Positions 54,761 to 61,549 of a stretch of DNA of 64,000 nucleotides are shown piece by piece (position 1 is the stretch's first letter; each line of letters opens with the position of its first letter). The position numbers and the translations under genes were made by a program. The notes below the pieces were generated by a model, which was not told the origin of the DNA, made no database searches, and worked only from the letters and a program-made list of their open reading frames with translations. This DNA is from Candidatus Bathyarchaeia archaeon (GTDB lineage Archaea > Thermoproteota > Bathyarchaeia > Bathyarchaeales > Bathycorpusculaceae): positions 1,664-65,663 of the forward strand of contig JAWAZC010000003.1 of NCBI GenBank assembly GCA_038817995.1, in the 5' to 3' direction.

Positions 54761-55318
54761 ATGAAGATTGGAATATTGCGGGTTGGAGAAATTCCCACAG
54801 ACGTTTTGAGTAGGCTAACAGAAAACCTGAATATTTCCTTCCCAGAAGCCCGATGCCAGCTGATCTCTGATGTCCTAGCTTTGCCAAGCCAAGCCTTCAA
54901 TAATACGAGAGGGCAATATCGCTCAGACATAATCCTTGACCTAATTAAAGACTATTCACATAAGACAAAAGCTTTCAGCCACGTTTTGGGCGTTGTAGAC
55001 GTTGACATTTATGTCCCCGGGTTAAACTTTGTCTTTGGAGAGGCTGAATGCCCGGGAAAAGCGGCTCTAATATCTTTATGGAGGCTTAGGCCAGAGTTTT
55101 ACGGCAAACCTCCAAACTTTGAAGTCTTCATTGAGAGGGCCACTAAAGAGGCTGTTCACGAACTAGGCCACACTTTAGGCTTGGGACATTGCGCCAATCC
55201 GTTCTGCGTTATGTATTTTTCTAATTCCATATTTGAAACGGATAGGAAGAAAAGTTTATTCTGCAATAAATGTTATTCGAAGATCCTTAGCCTATTTAAC
55301 TTGGCGGGAAAATCTTGA
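54761..55318 (+). CDS. amzA: Archaemetzincin
   Basis: HELGHTLGLGHC...CVM (HExxHxxGxxH plus Cys motif), and a C-terminal CxxC (CNKC). Confidence 0.9.
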   Translation: MKIGILRVGEIPTDVLSRLTENLNISFPEARCQLISDVLALPSQAFNNTRGQYRSDIILDLIKDYSHKTKAFSHVLGVVDVDIYVPGLNFVFGEAECPGKAALISLWRLRPEFYGKPPNFEVFIERATKEAVHELGHTLGLGHCANPFCVMYFSNSIFETDRKKSLFCNKCYSKILSLFNLAGKS

Positions 55319-56139
55319 GCGAAAGCTTTAAGGTAAAGCTTATTCATCTAGCACCCGTCATTGTAAGTTTGCTTTTCAGCATCAGCTGCGCCTATCTTCT
55401 TATGGCTTCTAGAATGAAAGTTTTTGAGATAACACCCTTTCAAGAAGAAAGCCCTGTTGGACCAATTAGCAACGCACTATACTTTGTGGTTTTGGTGGGT
55501 CTGGGCGCTTTAGTTCTCTTCCTCCTTCTAAGGAATGGACGGTTTAGGCTCGTTATCTTCGTCACGGGTTTCGCTCTAATTTCAGCCGTTTTCCTTCTCT
55601 CAATGGTGTATTTTTACGCATTTTCTATGATATTTGTCCCCTTGCCAACCGGGGTTTTGGTCGCGGTGCCCGCGTTAATAACGGTCTCCGTCGGCTACGT
55701 GTTTTACGGAACAAAAAGTAGGCTTTGCGATCTTCTAGTCCTACTGTTAGGCGGGGCCTTGGGAACGCTGCTGGGAGCATGCATCAGAACCCTAAGCACC
55801 GTGCTGATCCTCTGTTTTCTGGCTGTTTACGACGCCTTCGCCGTCTATCGCGGCCCCGTCGGAAAAATAGCTCGCGTGGGGCTTGAAAAATTGAGGGGGC
55901 TAAGTTTTTCTTTTAGAAATATCCAGATGGGCTTGGGAGATTTAACCTTCTACTCCATGCTTGTAAGTCACATGCTGCTCTATTTCGGCGTTATTCCATG
56001 CCTAGCTTCCATGGCGGGGGTTTTGGTTGGGTGTTTTTTGGCTTTCAGCATGTTAGAGCGTGAAGGAGTGTTCCCAGGACTACCAATTCCAATTTTTGTT
56101 GGCTTGGCCTTAGGCTTCCTCTTTGTGCCTCTGGTCTAA
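55315..56139 (+). CDS. Presenilin/signal-peptide-peptidase-like intramembrane aspartyl protease (PSH, A22 family)
   Basis: Polytopic. YD motif (LAVYDAFAVY), GxGD motif (QMGLGDLTFY), and a C-terminal PAL-like PGLP. Confidence 0.75.
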   Translation: MSESFKVKLIHLAPVIVSLLFSISCAYLLMASRMKVFEITPFQEESPVGPISNALYFVVLVGLGALVLFLLLRNGRFRLVIFVTGFALISAVFLLSMVYFYAFSMIFVPLPTGVLVAVPALITVSVGYVFYGTKSRLCDLLVLLLGGALGTLLGACIRTLSTVLILCFLAVYDAFAVYRGPVGKIARVGLEKLRGLSFSFRNIQMGLGDLTFYSMLVSHMLLYFGVIPCLASMAGVLVGCFLAFSMLEREGVFPGLPIPIFVGLALGFLFVPLV

Positions 56140-56315
56140 GTTCCGGCCAAGACAAGTCTTGTAGAATTTACGTCCACTTCCATGATTTTACAGTTTTTGA
56201 ACTCCTTTGATTGACCCGCCACGTCTTTGAGTATTACCTTGTTGCCTTCAACCTTTGCATAGATAACGTCGCTCCAAACTTCTTTTCCGTTTAGGATTAC
56301 TTTAAACTCGCACAT
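56136..56315 (-). CDS. cooT: CooT-family small nickel-binding protein (59 aa)
   Basis: Absent from the ORF track (<60 aa). Manual translation: MCEFKVILNGKEVWSDVIYAKVEGNKVILKDVAGQSKEFKNCKIMEVDVNSTRLVLAGT. The Met-Cys-Glu N-terminus and beta-rich ~60-aa layout match CooT (formerly 'predicted RNA-binding protein'). Its stop overlaps the PSH stop on the opposite strand. Confidence 0.65.
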   Translation of the reverse strand: MCEFKVILNGKEVWSDVIYAKVEGNKVILKDVAGQSKEFKNCKIMEVDVNSTRLVLAGT

Positions 56316-56455
56316 GTCGACTCGCCAGCCTAGAAGGGTTTAGAAAGATGGCGGTGGTTATAATGTTTTCTGGGCATGCTCTGAAAGTTAGAGTTCGGAT
56401 ATTAATTCCGAATTCATAATCCTATTATTTTTGGGACGCGGAGACAAGTGCTGGT

Positions 56456-56779
56456 GTGCGTAAGTTGACCTTATGGCATGAAATTGAAGATCTTCAAAAG
56501 AAGAAAGCGGAGTTAGAATTTCAGCTTCGCTCTTTAGAAGAGAAAGAAAAGAGCCTTGAAGAAAAAGCGCGATTGCTGGAGGAAAAGCTTGCCATCAAAG
56601 AGCTGGAGCAGAAGCTTAAGTTAAAGACTGAAAGCATAGAGAAGCTTGAAGCCCGTATAAACGATTTGGAGCAAAGGCTAAGCGCCTCTGGAGAGTTTGT
56701 GGCAATTCCAGAACTGGAGAAGCAAACAAGCAACCTTCATGAAAACAACTATCACTTGAGAAAGCTCTTCGGCGAATAG
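56456..56779 (+). CDS. Hypothetical coiled-coil protein
   Basis: 107 aa, GTG start, with E/K/L heptad-rich sequence (LQKKKAELEFQLRSLEEKEKSLEEKARLLEEKL...). Confidence 0.4.
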   Translation: MRKLTLWHEIEDLQKKKAELEFQLRSLEEKEKSLEEKARLLEEKLAIKELEQKLKLKTESIEKLEARINDLEQRLSASGEFVAIPELEKQTSNLHENNYHLRKLFGE

Positions 56780-56939
56780 CAAATCCCTTACGCCATCCAT
56801 CAACGTATTCAGCGTAGTTTAATAAGTAAGTTTTACAGCTTGACAGCTGATTTTATAGTTGGCATTAGGAAATTGTTTTTCTGGACACGAACAGTTATTA
56901 ATTTTCAAAGATACTATGGCTGTAGAATAGTCATGTAAG

Positions 56940-57425
56940 ATGAACCGAGTGGAGAAGGTGGAGTCTGACAGAACATTTTCATCGGACATTTTTAGTTTGC
57001 TCGTTGAAACAAGCGAAAGGGAAAAGCGTAAACGCCGAGAGAACCTCTTGGCACCGCTGGGCATTAAAGAGTTTTTTGTTGATGGTAGGATAACAATTGA
57101 CAAGCGCACATGCAAGGGTGTAGAGTGCAAGCTTTGCATTAAAGTCTGTCCCACAAACGCCTTGTACTGGAAGAGCAGCGGCGAGGTTGGCATAGTGGAT
57201 GAGTTGTGCATCTATTGTGGAGCATGTGTATTAAACTGCATGGTGGATGACTGCATTAGAATTGAAAGAAGACGAGAAGACGGTACGTTGGAAAAGTTCA
57301 GCACTCCCCGCGCCTTCATAACGCTTGAAAACAGCGTAAACACGAAAAAACGATTCGAAAGAGTTAAGGCTATTTTTCCATCAGCCACTGATTATTTGAG
57401 GCTGTACAAGCCCACGTTAACATAA
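56940..57425 (+). CDS. 4Fe-4S dicluster ferredoxin-domain protein
   Basis: CKGVECKLCIKVCP and CIYCGACVLNC cluster motifs, flanked by basic N- and C-terminal extensions. Confidence 0.7.
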   Translation: MNRVEKVESDRTFSSDIFSLLVETSEREKRKRRENLLAPLGIKEFFVDGRITIDKRTCKGVECKLCIKVCPTNALYWKSSGEVGIVDELCIYCGACVLNCMVDDCIRIERRREDGTLEKFSTPRAFITLENSVNTKKRFERVKAIFPSATDYLRLYKPTLT

Positions 57426-57432
57426 ATTGCTT

Positions 57433-58119
57433 TTAACGAGATTTTGAGGAGTTAATCTGCTCTATTAAGGTGGGTATGTCGGTAATGGACATCGCAAGGT
57501 AGTCTGCTCCAGCGTCCATCAATTCTTTTGGTGTAGATACACCGGTAGGTATGCCCACAGCCGTTGCGCCTAGCTCCTTTGCGCATTTCATGTCGGCTTG
57601 GCTGTCCCCGACAACCAAGACTTCATGGGGGCTCACTTTTAGGGCTTCTAGTGTTGCTTGCAAATGCTCTACATGGGGCTTTACGCGCTTAACTTTTTCT
57701 CTTGATATTACGGCGCTAAAGAATTCCCTTATTCCAAACCTTTCAAGCAAATACTCCACAGGCTTCCGACCGTTAACAGTGCACAAGCCAACTTTTAAAC
57801 CAGCCATCTTTAAAGTTTCAAGAACAGTTCTTGCACCGGGTTGAAGGCTCGTCGTTTTTGCAGCTTCAAACTCATACTTTTCAACTATGGCTAGAGCTTT
57901 TGTCCGAACAGCCTCTATCGCAGCTGCGGATTTATCGTTGTTTTTCATAAAAATTTCAGTTTTATTTAACATTTCAAAAACGCCATCGTTAATGGATAAA
58001 ACTGACGCGGGTATTCCCTGACTTATTAGGAAGCTTCTGACCTCTGCCCTAACCGCCTTGAAGTCTATGTTAAACTTTACTAGGGTTCCATCTAAGTCGA
58101 AGACTACAGCTTTAATCAT
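57433..58119 (-). CDS. HAD superfamily hydrolase (phosphoglycolate phosphatase-like, subfamily IA)
   Basis: Motif I VVFDLDGTL, motif II CTVNG, and motif IV VGDSQADMKCA. Confidence 0.85.
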   Translation of the reverse strand: MIKAVVFDLDGTLVKFNIDFKAVRAEVRSFLISQGIPASVLSINDGVFEMLNKTEIFMKNNDKSAAAIEAVRTKALAIVEKYEFEAAKTTSLQPGARTVLETLKMAGLKVGLCTVNGRKPVEYLLERFGIREFFSAVISREKVKRVKPHVEHLQATLEALKVSPHEVLVVGDSQADMKCAKELGATAVGIPTGVSTPKELMDAGADYLAMSITDIPTLIEQINSSKSR

Positions 58120-58212
58120 TTGTAAACCTTCAAATGGGTCAGAGTTTTAGGCTAACGTTTCGTCAAAAATAAACTTTACCGCAACAAAGTTCTATAGAAC
58201 TTCACGTGGGGC

Positions 58213-58770
58213 GTGTTGAAAATGGATGTGTTTGAAGCCATTCAGGCAAGGCGTTCAATCCGCGCCTACGAGTCGACACCGGTGCCAAAAGAAAAGCTTG
58301 AGAAAATTTTAGAGGCAGCTAGGCTTGCTCCTTCAGCAGGCAACGTTCAGCCGTGGCACTTTATAGTTGTTACGGATTATGATAAGCGGGCAAAACTTGC
58401 GAGGGCGCCTTTCGCGGGTTTTCTCAAAGAAGCACCCGTGGTGATAGTTGGCTGCGGCGACCAGAAAGCTTCCCCGAAATGGTTTATGGTGGACGTGGCG
58501 ATAGCCATGCAGAATATGGTTTTAACAGCTACAAGCGAGGGGTTAGGCACATGCTGGGTCGGAAGCTTCGATGAAAATGAAGTGCGTGAAATGTTGAAAG
58601 TTCCGGAAAACTACCGTGTTGTGGCGCTATTAGTCTTGGGCTATCCGAGAAAAAAGATTGACATTCAAGGCAAAATTCTCCATTTGGTGAGACGGCGGAA
58701 AAAGCTGGAGAAAATAGTTAGTTTCGAAGAGTTTGGACAGAAATGGCCGAAGAGTGAAACGATTAATTAA
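58213..58770 (+). CDS. Nitroreductase family protein
   Basis: EAIQARRSIRAY, APSAGNVQPWHFIVV and GLGTCWVG motifs. Confidence 0.85.
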   Translation: MLKMDVFEAIQARRSIRAYESTPVPKEKLEKILEAARLAPSAGNVQPWHFIVVTDYDKRAKLARAPFAGFLKEAPVVIVGCGDQKASPKWFMVDVAIAMQNMVLTATSEGLGTCWVGSFDENEVREMLKVPENYRVVALLVLGYPRKKIDIQGKILHLVRRRKKLEKIVSFEEFGQKWPKSETIN

Positions 58771-58802
58771 ATGATTCACATAGATAACCGCAGGATCAAG
58801 CC

Positions 58803-59027
58803 ATGAGCCTCGAAGAATACACCAACGAAAAGCTTTGGCCAATCCTTGTGGAAATAGCGCATGCCATGGTTATGTACCCCCACCACAAGGCTTATACGAG
58901 GGATGTTCTGCTTCACGAAAAGCCGGACATAACGCCGCAGGAGCTTGCCTGTAGGCTGCGTATTCCCTTGGGTGAAGCTTTGGTTATACTTTACGAGCTG
59001 AAAAACGAAGCGAAATCTAAGGCTTAG
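58803..59027 (+). CDS. Small hypothetical protein, possible helix-turn-helix
   Basis: 74-aa ORF. ITPQELACRLRIPLGEALVILYELK resembles an HTH recognition segment. It may not be expressed. Confidence 0.35.
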   Translation: MSLEEYTNEKLWPILVEIAHAMVMYPHHKAYTRDVLLHEKPDITPQELACRLRIPLGEALVILYELKNEAKSKA

Positions 59028-59817
59028 TAACCATCCGCACAGTCGCCAAAACAAGAATAACACCGAGCAAAACTTTAAGGATGTCTCTGTCCACAACACC
59101 GGCATAAGAGGCTCCAATAAAAGCTCCTATAACGGAACATACACCCATGGTTATCGCGATGATGCTCGCGTTCCCGTCCAAGTGTCCCATGTTGTGATGT
59201 TTCAGAAAACCCGAAGCCACTGTTGGAATGGAAACAAGTAAGCTGGTGGTTCCAGCTGTTACAATGTCAAGGCCAAAAATATACATTAGAGCTGGAATAC
59301 GAAATTCGCCGCCCGCAACTCCAAGTGCGCCGGAAATAACGCCTATTATTAAACCAACTAGAGCTGCCAGAACAGCTTCTTCCAAAAAACTTGGTGCAAA
59401 GGAAAAAACTATTGGAAATTTAACGAAAGGTTCGAGTCCAATCTTCAAGCCAACAATAACCAGAAAAGCCGCCAGCAATTTTTTTAAAGGTTTTTCTGGA
59501 ATTTTATCTGTTAAAATTGCCCCTAAATAGGCCCCAACTATGGAGAATACCGACATAATTAGGGCAATATCTACAGAGTGGCGGTCCATCAAGCCCAACA
59601 GAAAGCGTCTCAAAAAAGAGACACCAACTGTCAGCAAACCTACGAAGAGGTTTACAGCTACAGCCGTCACAACCGGAAGCCTAACAACGTAAAGCAATAC
59701 GGGAATCCTAAACTCTCCTCCACCGACACCTAGCAAGCCAGCCGCTGCCCCGAGAAGTAAACCGAAAACTGATGCTGCTAAGACCCTAACTGTTAACAGC
59801 TGAAATTTGTCTTTCAA
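59017..59817 (-). CDS. TauE/SafE family sulfite/anion exporter
   Basis: 266 aa. Two internal repeats, each with GVGGGEFRIPVL / GVAGGEFRIPAL motifs. TTG start. Confidence 0.8.
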   Translation of the reverse strand: MKDKFQLLTVRVLAASVFGLLLGAAAGLLGVGGGEFRIPVLLYVVRLPVVTAVAVNLFVGLLTVGVSFLRRFLLGLMDRHSVDIALIMSVFSIVGAYLGAILTDKIPEKPLKKLLAAFLVIVGLKIGLEPFVKFPIVFSFAPSFLEEAVLAALVGLIIGVISGALGVAGGEFRIPALMYIFGLDIVTAGTTSLLVSIPTVASGFLKHHNMGHLDGNASIIAITMGVCSVIGAFIGASYAGVVDRDILKVLLGVILVLATVRMVTKP

Positions 59818-60079
59818 GAACTTTCACCGATATGCTTCTGTATTCATAACGAAGTAACTTATAAAACTACTGCGGAACACTCACATGCATCGAGGATGTA
59901 TAGCAAGGTTTTAGCATAAAAGGCAACATGGCAACCATCGTTGTTTCTGGACGTGGAATATTCAAGCGGATGTTTCGGGCTTAGTAAAACCCAAAAGGCT
60001 TGGAAAGTACCAGTCTCAGCAATTATTGTCTTGCTTTTGAAGTTTAGAAGGTTAGAAGTTTAACTGCCGCTTTCCTTCT

Positions 60080-60628
60080 TTATTCTACGACGTACCGGTA
60101 AGCTATATGTTCGCCGGCTGTGGGGCTCCTCCTTATTATGCGTATTATGTCGCCAGGTTTTGCGCCTATAGCTTTGACCGCTGGATCTGAAGCTTTTATT
60201 TGTGGCAATTGGTATGGCTTAACCCGGTATTGGGCTAGGACTTTTTCGCGTTCTTCTGGAGTTAATATCTCGTGTTTTGGCACAAGCACGTGTTCAAATA
60301 TGTCGAAGACTGGGAAGGTTTTTGGCAGGAGTTCTATGTGCTTTTTCTTTGCTGTTTGTTTTGCAGCGTTGGTGTAGCGTCCGCTTGCTATAAGGATTCC
60401 ATATTCTATTTCGGCTTCCTTCATGGTTTTTGCCATGCGGCTTACGGCTTGTATGCCAATGGTTTCGTCTGGGACGCACCAAATCAGAATTTTTCTCTTT
60501 TCACTTGGAGATTCAACAAGATAGCTTACCACGTTTTTGACTTTCTCTCTTTTGATAGTTTTGTAGCCTCTAAGTTTGATCAAAATTTTTGCTTTACGTT
60601 CCTCGAGGGTTTCCTCCTCTTCGCTCAA
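60080..60628 (-). CDS. rpo5: DNA-directed RNA polymerase subunit Rpo5 (RpoH), unusually long, with an RPB5-N-like N-terminal domain
   Basis: The C-terminal ~75 aa ([69 protein letters not shown]) are unmistakably RpoH/RPB5-C. About 105 extra N-terminal residues are present (see findings). Confidence 0.85.
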   Translation of the reverse strand: MSEEEETLEERKAKILIKLRGYKTIKREKVKNVVSYLVESPSEKRKILIWCVPDETIGIQAVSRMAKTMKEAEIEYGILIASGRYTNAAKQTAKKKHIELLPKTFPVFDIFEHVLVPKHEILTPEEREKVLAQYRVKPYQLPQIKASDPAVKAIGAKPGDIIRIIRRSPTAGEHIAYRYVVE

Positions 60629-60760
60629 ATCTAAAACCTCTGTGAATGGAGCACTCGAAACTCTAATGTGGTGGAAGCCTTAAACTTTGCGCTTCTAAAG
60701 CTTAAAACCGAAGCAGAGAGTATGGCTATAATGTTTGGGGATTTGGGGAAATATCCCTAG

Positions 60761-60844
60761 AAAAAGCCGCTAAGAGGGGTTGCCTCCTACGCTGACATTA
60801 GAATCAGCGAGATTCTAAATGAGAATTTGACGGCTAGTGTCAGC
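60761..60844 (-). terminator. Nested hairpin followed by a T5 tract, 3' of nrdG; candidate terminator or stabiliser
   Basis: The outer stem GCTGACA (60791-60797) / TGTCAGC (60838-60844) encloses a perfect 8-bp stem TTAGAATC (60798-60805) / GATTCTAA (60811-60818) with the loop AGCGA. On the minus strand a TTTTT run (60761-60765) follows. Confidence 0.3.
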
Positions 60845-60864
60845 TTACTAGCGCATCCTTTTCA

Positions 60865-61542
60865 TTAAAAGCGGAGAATCACGTTTTCCACATATTTCTT
60901 CAGAGTTTCGGCAAATTCGGTGAGCGTGTCTGGTGGGTATGGTTGTAGGTTCTTGTATTCTTCACTTAAAGTGTCGCCTGGTATAAACTGTTGCAAGGCG
61001 TAGTTTATGGCGCCTTTGGCTATTTCGCCCATGTGGGTTATGTCTGCTTCCTCAACGATTTTTGGCACAACTGTGGTTCTGAACTCGTATTCAACTTCTC
61101 CAGCTTTCAGCAGCTCGATGGTTTTTAGGAGCGCACTTGTTTCCTTCGTTCCCAAAAGGTGATATTTTTCCGGCGAGGTTTTGAGGTCTAAAGCCACATA
61201 ATCCAAGTAGGGAAGACATTCTTCCAGCACTGTTGGATTTAAGCCATTCGTATCCAGCTTTACATCGAAACCGCGCTCTTTAAGCCTTCTTAAGAAGCGG
61301 GGCAGCTCCTTGTGGATGGTTGGCTCGCCGCCTGTCACGACAACAGCGTCTACGTATTTCTTGCGTTCATCCAAGATTTGAAGGGCTGCTTCCTCGTTAA
61401 GAAAGGGCGGCTGTGGATTAACCACTATGCGCCAATTATAACAGTATGGACAACGCAGATTGCAGCCTGGCGTGAACAGGACTGCTGCCACTCGATCCGG
61501 ATAGTCTATCAGGCTTGTTTTTTGCAAGCCGCTGAACTTCAT
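60865..61542 (-). CDS. nrdG: Anaerobic ribonucleoside-triphosphate reductase activating protein (radical SAM)
   Basis: SLIDYPDRVAAVLFTPGCNLRCPYCYN (CxxxCxxC) and VVVTGGEPT. The internal ATG at 61542, 7 nt after the nrdD stop, is preferred over the track start at 61593. Confidence 0.85.
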   Translation of the reverse strand: MKFSGLQKTSLIDYPDRVAAVLFTPGCNLRCPYCYNWRIVVNPQPPFLNEEAALQILDERKKYVDAVVVTGGEPTIHKELPRFLRRLKERGFDVKLDTNGLNPTVLEECLPYLDYVALDLKTSPEKYHLLGTKETSALLKTIELLKAGEVEYEFRTTVVPKIVEEADITHMGEIAKGAINYALQQFIPGDTLSEEYKNLQPYPPDTLTEFAETLKKYVENVILRF

Positions 61543-61549
61543 CTGGTGG

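Noticed and set aside
56394-56412. Inverted repeat TTCGGA-TATTAAT-TCCGAA between cooT and the coiled-coil gene
   Set aside because: It has only 6-bp arms, and the AT-rich centre is equally well explained as the TATA box of the downstream GTG-start gene (56456). There is not enough evidence for a specific operator such as a NikR-like site.
60039-60062. Three tandem 8-nt units GAAGTTTA GAAGGTTA GAAGTTTA just 3' of rpo5
   Set aside because: It is too short and imperfect to call a repeat element or CRISPR-like array. It is probably chance low-complexity sequence in a 3' UTR or terminator region.
59818-60079. 262-nt spacer between rpo5 and tauE, checked for a hidden gene or ncRNA
   Set aside because: It holds only an 18-codon ATG ORF and weak 4-bp hairpins. 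A TTTTATAAG TATA-like box about 45 nt upstream of the tauE TTG explains part of it. Nothing more can be supported by eye.
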